DNA of 62,965 nucleotides, filler included, from Sluysia triapertura (lineage: Eukaryota), in NCBI GenBank assembly GCA_046118255.1. It is 5 parts of 5 records of this genome, joined end to end, with 100 filler letters (N's around TTAATTAATTAA, not from the genome) between each part and the next. Parts side by side here need not be neighbours in the genome. Positions count along the whole stretch, not along the records: positions 10,875 to 21,836 come from JBJNIA010190807.1; positions 21,937 to 34,392 come from JBJNIA010107426.1; 3 more parts are not named here. The stretch is one strand, 5' to 3'. A program made the position numbers and the translations under genes. This document shows, one piece after another, positions 12,506 through 27,165 of this stretch (positions are counted from its first letter, which is position 1; each line of letters opens with the position of its first letter). The notes beneath the pieces are model-generated. The model was given only the letters and a program-made list of their open reading frames with translations, had not been told where the DNA came from and ran no database searches.

Positions 12506-15308
12506 TCAAGTATGATTGTATAATTATACAAATTATATTTATAATTTCAGATGGTTCTTCGATATTTGACTTATGTTTGAGAAGAAGCAGTGAGGATAAG
12601 CAGTTCTTAGTTCATCTACATTCATTATCGGCGATGACAATATCTAAATTAATTTAGAATTAAAATAATAAGCAAATCAATGTGAACCATTCAGTTATAT
12701 TGAACAATTTTGAATACTAAATAATTGAGCACTTGCATCTGTTCTTGAAGAAACAATATAAAAAGATTGAATTAGTAAAATTTATATGAAATAAAAATTT
12801 AAAATAAAAATCTTAGTATAACAATAAAAAAATACATTTGTTAAATAATAATAATTGTGTGCAAATTATTCTATTATCTTAAACAACGGTAATTACAACA
12901 TTTAACTTTTCATTAATGACATAATGTGATTTCTTATTGGATGATAGTTCTTACGTAATAACAATTATCAACGTTATGTTATTGCGAAGAGCTTTTGCTT
13001 AAATTGTGAATAAATTTCTTTTTTTAATTTCCATTCATATCCTGACGAAACGAATACAACTCGTATATCTTATTTTAGCAAGAATTCCATTCATAGAACT
13101 AAGCTCAAATATTTTAAATATTATCTAAATATTTTAATTATTCTTTATAAAAAATATTTCGAATCTCACATTTATCGAAAAGTTCTTGTAGAAAGTAATT
13201 AAATCAAGAGATATTTTTAAATCCATTTGCAAATTAAGGCTTGATTCCTTTAGAAAGTACTTTTCTAAAGTCATACAATTCAAACTGCACACCATCATCA
13301 AAAAAATTAAAATAACTTACAATACACAAAAGTGACATGCACTTCGTACAATTATTTATCTTATAGAAGTTAGAAATTATATTCAATCAATACTGAACTA
13401 ACCTTGCACACGGTCGTCCTTCGTCAATACTTAATAATATGTTACATATTTATTGAATGAAAAAGAAAAGTAAAAATAATACAAGTTCGCAACACCACCC
13501 ACAGTTTTGATGACGCGATAAAAGTGGTAAAAAGTAATTAATTAATTAATTTTCGAAAATAAGTTACTTTTCTACTCAAAGTTAACCAAGTCTCTTCCAT
13601 TCTATTAGATTCCGTCTCGAAACTCTGTCAAATAGAACGGCCTCTTTTCAAAATTACTCATCATTAACAATAAATGATTCCATTATAATTGTTTATTTTA
13701 TTTATAATTTCTTTATCCTTCATTTTTCTACAACCACAGTTCTGAACATATGCCTATCTTTAAGCACCAATGATAGCAGAATGACGAGTATAATCCTTGA
13801 AATATTCGTACTCAGTAGATTCAATGTGATTCTAATAGTACTTTAATATTATACATTAATGTTCAAAATTATTTATAAATTAAGATAATTTATTATTATC
13901 TGTTCAGTACAATAATTACTAGGTTATTTTATTCCACTGTTCCAAAAGCAAAGTTGTTTCTTTTACAGATATATTATAACGAATGATTTATTTTAAACAT
14001 TTTTGAGAACTTATTTTAAGGCAGAAATAGAAATTATGTTGATTTATTATTATTAACTCATTAGTAGCCGCTGACATAGTAGTGTTGCCATCAAACAGTC
14101 GATTAAGAATTTTTACCGGCCAGTTATGAGTTAAAAGATATTTTTGAAAATACTGACAAATATTTTCCGACAGAAACCTATCTGCATGGCGAGGCAGTTC
14201 GGTGCACATGTATATGAAAAGCAAAAGAAAAGAAAAGCAATGTAGTACAGATTTCATGTAGTTTTATGTAATTTCAGAGAAGTTATTATTATTATAGAAG
14301 GTTGTAAGAAATAAGAGCACTTTTGCACAAAATATTGAATAAACAATGTAGATGAAGTTATAAGATTCTCAAGTGCAAATCTAAGAATATCAGGAATTAC
14401 TTTTCGGTTGAGATGTCGAATAAAGATGATTCAATCATATAGTAATCATTCGACCTTAATAAACATGTCAGAGATCATCTCACTTTTAAATTCATTAAAG
14501 AGATCTCACAAGATTTTACTACTTGAAGGCATTCAAAATTGTTCTATGTCGTCTGTTGTAGTATTTATTGTTAAAAATGTATTACAAATAAGACTGACTC
14601 AAGGTCAGTATACATCTTGAAACATAACTTCATCTATCTTCCTCGCATTCTAACCCCCACAAGATTCAAAAACCAGTGAGAATATTTAATTTGCAGAACA
14701 AATATAATGAAACATACTACATTTAAATCACGATCATAAGAAATGTCAGACAAATCAAGATCACCAACTTCGATTAAATCATAATACTCTCGAATTTTAA
14801 TCGAGCACTATCACACTTTGATTGACAACCCCTCCATATGCTTTCTTGCTAATTTACGTACATGTCGCTTATTTCTCGCATTTCATTGATCAACTTTAGT
14901 TAATAGATTGATGTAAGGAGGTTACATTAGAGGTTATATTAGAGACATACATGTCTTACTATTGATCACAATTTTTTTAAAAAACACTTTTTGACTGAAA
15001 GAAAGTATTGTCGACGTCGACTATACGACAGATCTTTGACATAAAATTTAAAAAATTCTTACAATGTAAAACCTCGAAATCTAGTGGGGTTCCAGGATTT
15101 GCTTTTCTTTGATACATTTGTCTCCTTCGAATTATTTGAATTATTTATCATTAAATAACACAGATCCATTATCTAATATTGGTGCCCTATTCATTCCACT
15201 TAAATTCGAACTGTCATGGTTATCTGCATACAAAGATCATTTGTTGACGAAGTAGTATCGCATTCAAAATTATTGTCTTGTATTATAAGCGCATCATTTT
15301 GTATAGAA

Positions 15309-15375
15309 TACACATCTAATATCTATACACATCTAATATCTATACACATCTAATATCTATACATATCTAATATCT
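15309..15375 (+). repeat. 17-bp minisatellite, ~4 copies (tacacatctaatatcta)
   Basis: Direct reading of the sequence. Confidence 0.9.
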
Positions 15376-18052
15376 CGCTGCGTTAACAGCCACCATGTCA
15401 TTGATACAAATTTGTGAAATTTTCAATTCTACAAGAGAAGACAATTTAATTTTGGGTACATTTGACGAGTGAATAACCAAAGTTAAAGATTACGTCATTG
15501 GAATTTAACATACGCGTGTTGTTTTCTTGTGCATGCGTTGTGCCAATTCCCTAACACGATTAGTGCCCACATAACAATTGAAAATAAATTTGTTTCAACA
15601 AGTTTACATTTTCATTTTTGTTTTGGGGACATTTTCCGAATAATGCCGCGCTTGTTATCAACATAACATAAGAAAAGAGACTACCCAGCAATGCAAACAA
15701 TGCAAAGTACCCTTACATCTATCAATCTGCTTCGAAAAGTTTCACACTATTCAAAATTATTAAAATTTTATCTTAATCTTGTATTATTCATTCAATCTTG
15801 CTTTCTGAATAAAATTATATTTGGTTATGATATAAAATAAATAAATGTGTATTCGTCATGATATTACAGTAAAATTAAATACGTTCAATATGTTAAAAAA
15901 GCTCAAATAAATAAGTTCGAAATTATGAGTTGTTTAATCTCTTTCGATTAGCGCCCAATAATGAAATATTTTCCATATGTGTACGAATATAAATCGAAAA
16001 TGAAATAATGCGATAAAATGTTTGTCGTTATGTAACATAATAAAAATATCTCTGTGCTAAAGAAATTGTTTCGACATCTAAATTAAAATTTAATTGGCTG
16101 AAAAGTGACAATAAATTCGTGAATTTGTAATGAATTTTTAATGTTGTCACATACAATTTATATCGAAAATCAAACGATTTCCTTAAAAGTCGAAGTCAGT
16201 GTGCTTCAAAAATAACAGTAATCATTTCGGTGGCAATGCATTGTTTGGAAAACGTATTCAATATTTAACCTATTGTCATATGAAGACTGTGGCAAGCTTA
16301 TCCAAACTAATTTAATGTTAATGTTAATATTAATTCGGTGGGTTGGAAAAGATGACAAGTTATGAAGAAGTTCATAAAGACTTGACATTTCATTTATGAT
16401 TGATGTTATTGAGATGTTCAATACTTGACATTATTTAGAAAATTAAGGGTGTTGGGTCACCATACTGTGCTTTAACAATGAAAACTCGGATGTCGATTAT
16501 CTTTTTCACGAAGACAATAATCGCAAAATGACCAAATTAAGAACCTAGATTGAGTTGCTTTACGACTGACAAAATATTCGACCAGTATAAAATCAATTCC
16601 ATGATCATGATGTGATATTTAAAGTGTTGTTATAATTTTGAATATTTACTTATATCGGACAGAAGTTGCAAATGCATGAATTAATCTCAAATTCTTCACA
16701 TATTAACCCTGAGGAGGCCGCATATATTTGATTGACGCATTCCTTATTAACAATAAAAATTAAAACTAAAAAACTAAAAGGGTAGTACAATCACAGTTTA
16801 CAAGGTAATTAAATGTAAAAATGTAAATAAAAACAAGAGTACTTCAAAAAGAAATTTGATTGTATCTGTTAATTTCGACGGAAGAGAATTAATCAAGACT
16901 TATCTCAACTGCCTATCAAGAAGAGATGTGCAATTTCTTCTGTTCGTAAGTTTGAACATACACAAGATGTACAAGATATACGAATTATCTTTCCAACTGT
17001 CTCACTACTTTCTTAAGTTTTCTTGTCATACTTCTTTAAATTTACTAGAAACTAAAATATTTTCAGAAGCTTCGTGACAGTTGCGATTTGTTTTCCCATA
17101 AGATGCGATAACATTTGCATCACAAGCCAGTAATTTAAAGTTGTTAAAGTCGTGGAAACTTAAGAATGTAGGTGGAAATAAAAAAATCTTAGTAAATTAA
17201 CGCACTTCTAAAATTCAATATCATAAAATGACATGTAAAATAAATAACTCACTTTCCAGTTCTAATTTCTGCAATTTTGTACTTGTTTCTTCGTACTTGC
17301 TCTTCATCTCTGAATTGTAAAAATAAACATAACATAAGTAACTGCATGTCGCGAAAAATAATAGTCTAGAATTGAACAATAGTTAGAAGTAGCGTCACAA
17401 GTAGTGTCGTGTCACCTTGTAAGTCAAGACAAATAAAATTCTTGGCTTTAAGCTTAGACAGTTTCATAATTAAAATCTTTAACAATGTTTTACATTCTTT
17501 TAATTCATATTTTATAATTTTTATTTTTTAACAAATATTTTAATAAAATAAAATAATATAAGATATAATGTTTACAATAATATAATATAATACAATAATA
17601 TCAATAATATATTAATTTACAAAGGTATTGTGTAAAAATTGCTTATTGATCTGTACGTATCTATCTATTATTCAGCTCACAATTCAATTTATAATCAGTC
17701 GAAATACACAATCTCTACGTGAATTAAAACGAATGTTTTATCCATGTAGATATTTCAGAACAATTTTTATTAGAATCCGAAGTTTAAATTTTGAGCCACA
17801 AAATATTTAAGAACGCAACTCATTATTAATTACAATCTAATAATGAGTAATGAAAACAGAATTAATTATAAAATAATAATAAACTAAAAATGATAATGAT
17901 AATCTTAAAGAAAGAGAAGCTAAGTAAAAGATAGATGTGAGGTTATCTATTTATTTCGAATGAAGTTGTCTACAAGTTTGGGAAAGTTTATAAAAGTAAA
18001 TTATTAGAAAGTAAACAGTGTTAACTAGCCACAAATTTATTTTTGAATTCGT

Positions 18053-18079
18053 AATAATAATAATAACAACAACAACAAC

Positions 18080-18112
<33 letters not shown>
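18053..18112 (+). repeat. (AAT)/(AAC) compound microsatellite
   Basis: Direct reading of the sequence. Confidence 0.95.
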
Positions 18113-21100
18113 TTGGACGAATCAAATTATGGAGTTGAAGCTTACTCGGTAGATCCGTGAAAAATGAAATGTTAAATTGCTGTACATCTGATCGCGATTT
18201 ATGAACCTGTCCAGTTCGATATAATCAGCACGATCACTATAAAGCCTTGCAGATTAAATCTTCAAATTCTATCTTTTTAATCAGCATTACTTATTGACGA
18301 TTATATCTTACTGTAAAACGATGTTTAGTTTCTTGTCGTATCAGACAGGAGTTTACTATTTTGATGTCGACACAGCTTTTGAAATTATAATGGCAAACTT
18401 AAAGATTTTTTATTCCTATTGAAATTCTTTTATCATTATTGCGTAATTAATCATCATCAAAACAAAAATTCCGACAATTTGTTTCTCATGGTACTGCCAT
18501 GAATTTTGATTTTTACGCAATTAATTTTTAGTTAGTGTTTCGTAATGTCAAAGTTTAAAAACTGAATTAGGAATTGTACATATGTGGCATGAATTGTGTC
18601 TAACCAAGTAGATTTGGTTAAGTTGGAATGTGACTTACTTGTTTTACGTACACATTTTGATTATTTATACAGTAATCGATGACGTCTTTAATTCCTATCG
18701 TATATATATGATAATGGTCTTGTTATAAACAAGAGTTAGAATATGAATCGCTTTACTCACAAATTCTTAACCTGAGTCAAACTTCTTCTAGCCAGACAAA
18801 ATAATAACTTCTCACCAAGTAAAAAGTTATTGTGAAAAGATAAAACTACAATTCAATATAAATGAAATCTCATGATAATCAACAATCATCGAATAATTTA
18901 ATCAAGAAAAAATAATACTCATCAAATTTGGCAGTGTTTTCCTTATACTACGATGTTTCTTATTGTTGCAAATGAAAATAACAATCATAAAAGCTATATA
19001 TAAAACAATAATGTATCTCGAGATTATCAATATAAGTGATAATAAATCAAAGTAAGCATTATTTCATATTCATGTAAGATCGTATCGTCTAAATAGAAAC
19101 ATTCTGGCTAATAATATTGATAAATTATTTGTCGTTATTATCTACAGATGACTAAAAGATGTATGGACAATATGGCTAACTAATTAGTGAATATTGTTAT
19201 TGTAAATTCCGTATAATAAGCTGAAATCTTGATGATGCAGACATAATTAATGTAGATAATTAATATATGTTAATGAGTGGAACTACGTTTGTTTTAGATA
19301 TAGTCTTACTGCCGTCACTATTATTTAATTATGTTGAAATGTATTTCAGATTTTCGGTTCAACATCTTGGAAATGGAATGTGGGCAAAAAGATTATTATT
19401 ATTATTATTATTTTTATTTACAATATGTATTATATTCATTATCAATATTGCTGCTACCACATTTTGTCATCAATTTGTAGCTCTAAACACAAACACGTAT
19501 TTTCAAACCAGTTGCTCCTGCATTTAAATCACATAATACAAAGTTACAAATATTTCTTGTGTTTTTATAATTATTTTATAATTATTACCGTCAGAACCAA
19601 AAAATAATAAATTTTATAAAATTACAATAAAATTTTAATAACCATTATTTTATAAATTATTATTTTCATTTTTATACTTATTCTATATTTCGTTTTGTAA
19701 TATTTTTGTTATGCTAGATTTCTTCTGTATAAAAACTAACAATTACGATTTTTCCACAAGAACGGGTTCGTCTGATTATTGCGCTTTATATCTGGGCGAA
19801 GACGCAACTACAGATTTGATAATTAATGTAACTTAAAATCAAAGAACAGCGAGGGACAATATCTTATAAATAAGCGAATCCTTTAAATAACCTTCTCTTT
19901 CTTTAGGAATCTTACTATCTCTTTAAATTTTACAATTAACTTGATATTTAAATGTTACTTTAACATACTCAAAATTTTACTATTGACTGGATATTTCCCT
20001 TTTAATGAGAAGTAAATAGTTATATTTAAATTCTTAATATACTTAACTCAAAATCTATACTTTCAGATCTTAGTGCTAAATCTCTCTTGTTAATGTTAAA
20101 TCTCTTTAGGGTATGCTACAAATAGACAAAATTACGAAAACACTAAATTTTTATTATACAAAACCAACAAAAAATTAAACGAATAAAATACAATTGAAAA
20201 TGATATATAATATAATAATGTTGTTTTAAAAATAAAGATTTTAAGCTTTATTTGATATTAAAAATTTACAATTTTAATTGAGCCATATATATTATACTTG
20301 CCAATAGTTTTCAAAGAATTTTGTCTGATTTTAACACAAAGTTTATCAGTGTGAAAGCCTAATAATTATCACCTTACGTATTTTCGGGTTTTCAATATAT
20401 CTTAGATTATAAATTTCTCGATCGTTGTGATTAATGACTCCAACAAATTTAAATATATCCGAATCACGAAATATCAATTGAGCAATTTTGTACCAAAAGA
20501 TTCCAGATGAAAATCAATATCCAGCGAGCAGATTCCACAATAAATTTAAATTAATATCCAATAATCGGATTCCAAGAAAAATTTTGATTAACTTCCGAAA
20601 TAGTGCTCTTGATTATGATTAAACTTCCATACAAAAAACCCTATGTAAAATAAATATTATTCGCACTATATAAAAGTTGTAAAGTTGTAATCAATATTTG
20701 TTAACCAATACTTGTATGTAAAACTAGTAATAGTAACCAATACACGCATTTTAATCAATAATTTTTATAATACACATTTTATACTTTATTTTGTTTTTGG
20801 AATAATTTAAATATAATATTTTGTTATTAAAAAATGAGATTTAACGCTATAAAGTAAGTAGTCACTGTAGTTTAATTATTATAGTTTAATTATTATGTTT
20901 AATTTATTAAAATTATTATTTATTAAAATTGTTATTGTCACCTAAAGTTTAAAATTATTTTTATTGTTTTATTCTTATAAAGATCAAGGTCATTTGACCT
21001 AATATAAATATCATTAACTTTAATACACAACACGCACAATAAATCTTACGAATTTTTCAACCAGCTCTTCAGTACAGTTCTAAGTTTTTTCAATACAATT

Positions 21101-24100
21101 CTATAAACATTGGTAACGATCCAGTCTCGTTGACACGATTTTAAACTTCGACGATATAATGTAACTTGGCGATAATTCAAACAGATAGCAACTAATTCTC
21201 CAATAACTCTTTCTGCGTTATATATCGTTAGTTTTTTAGTAATAAGAATTTCGCAATGTTTAAAATTGCATCATTAAATTCCACTTAAATTTCCTTAAAG
21301 ATTAACAGCTATCATTTATAGATAGTTCATTAAAATCCGATCATAAAATCATTTGTTTTAGATTATTTTATTTAAAAATAATCTTTTAAATTTTTATTTA
21401 TACTATATTTTATGAAAGTATTTTAGCAATTTTATATAATAAACATATTTGATCTTAAGTAATTTTTATTAATTTCGCTAAACTTCCAAAAAGAACAGGT
21501 TCCGTGTAAGAACCTTATCAAACTATTATCAAGATATTTATAGGTTTAATTTAAGAACCTTATTAAAATCATTTACTGGTTCCAAGTTGTTGTGATGGCC
21601 GGTGTATATTATTATCGAAATTATAGTTTAATTTGAAATGAAATTTATAATTGATACTTGTTACTTTTAAATCATTAAAATTCATTAATTTAGAAACTTT
21701 ACGAACTAATAAGAGGGAGTAAACAAAATAGAGATTGTATTTATGTTTAACAATTAAAATTACATTAAAATCACACAAAAGATTATATAATAATTTAAAC
21801 TCCCAAAGTCCATACATTTCACTAGCATCAATAAAANNNNNNNNNNNNNNNNNNNNNNNNNNNNNNNNNNNNNNNNNNNNTTAATTAATTAANNNNNNNN
21901 NNNNNNNNNNNNNNNNNNNNNNNNNNNNNNNNNNNNTATTGTTCGAAGATCTTAGATGCTTATCAAGGTTTCGAGAACGTTCAAAGGTTCATAAGATCTT
22001 AAATGACCTAAAGGTTCTAAAGTTCTAAGGGTACCTTAATGCTTCTAACGGTTTTTCAAGTCCATCTCAAGCTTCCATAAGGTCTCAAACCCTTATATAG
22101 GTCTTTGGAATTCTAAGATATTCTTTAACTGTTAAGATTATTATAAATGCTTTCTCTTTAATGATTCTTATTTCAACGAAGTTTACAATGCTTAATCCAT
22201 CACTTGCACCAGTTTTTTCCTCATTTTATGATTTTACATATGTTCATTCATCTCCAGATCCTCAGTTGGGCAATCCCAACAACTATATATATTAAATAAA
22301 CACAATAATAATAAAGTATTGACTGAAATTATGAGAAGTCTTCTAGAAAAACTTTAGTAGTTTAATAATGATGTTATCTAGCCTAAACTAGACTTGAGTA
22401 AAATAATTTACATGAATTTTATATTTCCTTAAGAGAAATAAAGACTTAACATAATTAATTTACGAATACTTGTTAATCTGGACACGAAAACCAATACTTT
22501 GTTTGAAAAATGGAATGGTTCATAGATCATTAATGCAGAATCTTAGCTTGTAGTTGATTTCTACAAAAGTTTGACAACCAAAATTGCCTAGTAGGTATTT
22601 GATCTCAGCGAAGGTTCTGTTACCATTTGATAGCAACGAAAGCTTTATACTCAGATTTGTTTTCAACGTAAACAATTGACTCCTTGCGTTTGTAGATTAT
22701 GTTGCAGAAATTTCTAATTAAAACTGACAAAATGATTCCTCAAACACACGTAACACGAGTTGACTTTTAAAGAAATTTTTTGCTAGTCTTTGCGTTGAGT
22801 TCTGGCTTTAAATAAATTCGTCAGTTTGTGGCTGATTTCAAATAATTATTAATTTTTTAATTTAAGCATAATTATTAGTATTTATTTTTATAAATTATCT
22901 TATTTTAGATAATGTCAATCAATACAATAAGGTGATTCTCTTTATTTATTATTTCAGATAGCATACGGTTAGTTTTCATTTATTATTTTTAGTATTTTAC
23001 ATTATTATTATTGCTATTATTTCTTTTACTTTAGACAATCTGAAACCCGGCATATTTTATTATTTAAATGTATTGATATATCCTCATTTATATAATATGA
23101 ACTGTATCTAATATTTGTTCAGCAGGCCATTCAATTTGTTCATTAAATTTAATTTTATCATGACCTCGTATTACTCTAATCTTTCAAATTAACGTAAATT
23201 GATCTATAATATCTAACTTCTAAATTTTCAATATTCCACAAGTGCCTTATTCGAAATATTAATACCAGCAATAATTTTTATATCATGAAATTTAACTACG
23301 TAATTATTATGGTTAATTTTTGTTAACTTTCGCCAAATTTCTGTTTTTATTTTTGGCCAATCTTTATTTTTAATTTTAATTCGTAATTTAATTAATTAAT
23401 TTAAATTAATTTAATATAATTAATTTAAAATTAATTATACACAGTACTTTAAATAGCATGACTTAATTATTAATTATTACATTATTAATACATAGTTTTA
23501 TGAAAGTTGATTTATTATTACTATTATTATTATTTATTATTATCATTAAATATTCATTGAATATTCATTAAAAATATTCAAAAACACAACTTTTAAACAT
23601 AATTTAACAAAGATTAATTTAAAGTATCAGTAAATATACAAAAAAATATTTAATATATTAAGTAGGACTATTTAGAATTAATTATCACCATTAATTAAAA
23701 ATTTACAAAAAATAAAAATCAGCTTTAAAATTTATTTTAGTTGATTTTAATATTATTCATATTTTTCAACATTTTATAATACATAATGTTTATGTATAGA
23801 CAGTTACGATTAAAGATTGAACGTATGTTACTAACTTTCAGGTTGACTTTGTTTCATTAATGACATTTTTTGTACTTAGTGTTTGAATTTTAAGTATAAT
23901 ATTTTTCTTTGTTTCATTTTTGAATTTATTTCGCATAAATAAATATATTATCTCATATCATAAGATATGAATATGTGGAATAATTAAATGATAAAGGAGG
24001 TTAAAGACATTATGTTGAATAAATTTGCTTGATGCAGATGGTGTTATGTAGTCTGTTGTATGAATTTTTAAATGAATAATGTTATGGCTTGCGTGAATAT

Positions 24101-25358
24101 TAAAGTGCTTGGTGAACGATGTATAAGGAATTATTTAATGATTCTAAACGTGTGACAAGAAGTGAATTTAATAAATTATGATGTGGTGTCTCTTAATATT
24201 CCATACATATTAAATTGTTTGTCTGTAGATGTTTTGTAGGATGAACTTGTTTATTGTAACTTTATTGTTGAATGGTTTAGTCTTAAAATATTTTATTGAA
24301 TAACCTTGTGAATTGTAAAGTTTGTGAGATATATAATGTATAAATAATTATTAAACGATCTACGAATTTAATTGAAAGTTTTGTTGCGTATGTTATGAGT
24401 TAAAGATTTATTATATGATAATTCTGTAATAAAATCAGATGACATGAGATGAGCCACTATATCATTAAATATCATTAAAAACATTTCAATATAAAAAGCA
24501 TTTTGTTTCACACTTTTACAATGCTTTTAGAATAGAATCCATACCTCTAGAATAGAAGATTTTGTTTTGTTTTTCGAAATATTTATTGATAATAAAATCC
24601 AGTAGAAGTTTCACCTTTCTGTCCTCTCAAGAACACATTTGAATAACCAAAAATTAATTCTGATCATGCCAAGTAGATGTTTTAATTGAGTTTGTTATTC
24701 AATCAATTTCTGGATATTACATTGAAGATCAGAAGTACTGTATGTGTTCATTTAGTTTGGCGTTTTTCATAAAATCTATTTTTTCATAGAATCTTTTTTT
24801 CAATATCATTCGGTCTACTTTAAAAACCGATATTCGTCCTCTTGTAAACTCCGTCTATCGCTTAGTAATTTTTCTGTCTACGTTGAAGTACATTTTATGC
24901 AGTGTTTAGGATATAACTTTACAAAGATTGTAAATATAGTTTAACTTTAAAACACAATTAATAATTTTATGCAGTATAAATTTTACCACTTAAATCATTT
25001 TATGATTAGTTTATAATTATCGTGAAGGTTAACATATTTCTGGTGATAGAAATGGAAATGTAATTTTAACAGTTAATTTAAAGCTTTAAATCTAGTTATT
25101 CCGGAATAAAGTAAGGGTTTGACACACTAAAGTATATTCATTCAAAAAATACTTAAAGGATCCTTACAGAGTAAAAAACTTATTCAAATTTACAGTAATA
25201 AAATACAATTCAACTAGTTGTCTTTACAAAATAATACAATTTTTCAAGTGGGATTTCAATACAATAATCTAATAAGACATAAAGTAATGTGATAAAATGG
25301 TGAATGATAAATGATAAAATGTTAATTAATTTTCTTCTATAAGATTGGCTTGGTAATA

Positions 25359-25383
25359 TAATAATAATAATAATAATAATAAT

Positions 25384-25417
<34 letters not shown>
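25359..25417. repeat. (AAT)n(ATT)n palindromic microsatellite
   Basis: Direct reading of the sequence. Confidence 0.85.
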
Positions 25418-25671
25418 ATATTAATTTATATTGCGCTCATATCTACTGCAAAAGTACTCAAAAGCGCCTAAGTTAAATCATTCACAATAATATTTCTGAA
25501 ACAGAAATAACTTTGCCTTTTTCGTAAATATTTCATAATTTTCCATCAATTTTTAAGACATAAACAGTATACAACCTATCACCTAGCTTGTTATCACTGT
25601 GAATTCTGTATAGATTATTATTATGTCTTATTATTATAGATTATTATAGATTATTATTATGAAGTTTCTAA

Positions 25672-26200
25672 GCAAATATTGAAAGACAGTGATAGTTCTA
25701 GTCTGCATGATGAAGGCTAGTAGAAACTGTACAAGTACAACAATTAAGTACTCGAAATTGTTACATATTATATAAACAAGATAATAAATGGTCTTTCATT
25801 ATTAAAGAGTTAGTAAACACTGAAACAGCGTAGTTAAATAGTCTTAAAGAAATAGAAGAGGGTTATATGGATAAATTACTTAACAGAACAGACAACTTTG
25901 AAGAAGACATCGAAATAATATTCTGTAATTGGAAAGAATTTAAAAATTTTTATTCTTCTTTTGGCAGGACTACATAATGAAATAAATTATTATAATTATA
26001 ATAATTATTATAATTATTCAGTTAAAAACTTAGATAAATTAAAAGACAGTATAATGTATAATTAATTCAACAATCTTATCAAATACAATTATGTCACCAA
26101 TAATTGCCTTGACCAATCACTTATAATTCCACTTGAGAAAAAATTATTGTGCACGGTAAAAAATGATACAAGATGCTGAAATATTAACGAGAATTGGCTA
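25672..26200 (+). pseudogene. RhoGEF Dbl-homology (DH) domain relic
   Basis: After a 33-bp GT-AG intron (25748-25780): KWSFIIKELVNTETA*LNSLKEIEEGYMDKL..EDIEIIFCNWKEFKNFY (DH CR1-CR2, TAG at 25831 replacing the conserved Tyr). Downstream frameshifted QIQLCHQ..LDQSLIIPLEK resembles CR3 (L.SYLIKPVQR). Confidence 0.8.
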
Positions 26201-26236
26201 TGGCATTACAATAACTTTGCCAGTTAACATAAAAAT

Positions 26237-26615
26237 TTGTTGGGATTGATGAAATATAAAAGTAGATATAAAGATCAAGACTCAAAATAACAGAATAAGT
26301 TCAACATTATTAAAAATTAAGATGAGGTATTATGATAAACTGTAATGGTAAGATAAGTATATGAAATACTTAAATTAAAACAAAATAATGAGAAATGTGA
26401 AGAAATAACACTTTACAAGGTTTTATTTGTTAAAATATTAAAGTACATTTGTTAATTAATTTAATTAAAATTTGTTTAATTTGATAACTTAATAAAAAAT
26501 GTTTCCTCATGATATGATGATATTAGTTTTTGTGTATAATTATAAGTTTCATTAGTATTTTTAATGATAAAGTAGTTTGAAACACGTCGACGTAGATAAC
26601 GTAAAAATTAGTTTT
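26237..26615 (+). repeat. Dispersed repeat D copy
   Basis: Inverted match to 30845-31190. Confidence 0.8.
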
Positions 26616-27165
26616 ATTTAAAATTAAGGTTTAGTACGTTCTGATGTTTAAGTATTAATAAAGTATATCGAATTTTATAACGATACTAATTCAAATATCT
26701 TATTGAACGTGATGCGTGACTTACGGTTGACGCAAAAGATTTCTATAGAAAAATTAATTTATTCTACTAATTTTATCCTCAAATTAAGTTAACACTACAC
26801 TATTAATGCAACACCAATATAATAATAATGATATTAAATTTTAATTTAATGATATTGAAAAATGAGGGAATTGTTTATCACAAATCCATTATTTTTAGAT
26901 AATTAAAAAGATAATGAAGTTGAACACAGATGGAAATTGCTGTCGAAATTCTATCAGTAAAATTGGTCGGCTTGTGACGACTAAAAAGAAGAAACAGCTT
27001 TAATTTCCGTCTTGTTCAATTTCTAATTTTTTCCATTTCCATCGGATTAGATAAAATCTCATTTTTCTTCCTAATTTAAAAAAAGGACTCAACTTTTTTA
27101 TTTAAAATTAGAATAGCGGAGACTTGATAATACAAACTCAAACAAAATTCAATTAGCAAATTACA

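Noticed and set aside
13480-13525. Kinase-like YRVIKTVG on the minus strand
   Set aside because: No GxGxxG loop or downstream kinase motifs.
16707-16990. TTAA-CCC end plus KKRCAIS..TRCTR as a piggyBac Cys-rich tail
   Set aside because: No partner TIR and the motif is too degenerate.
25831-25833. Stop-codon reassignment (TAG as Tyr or Gln) suggested by in-frame stops
   Set aside because: The intact DPF gene has no internal stops and ends in TAA; the relics contain all three stops and frameshifts.
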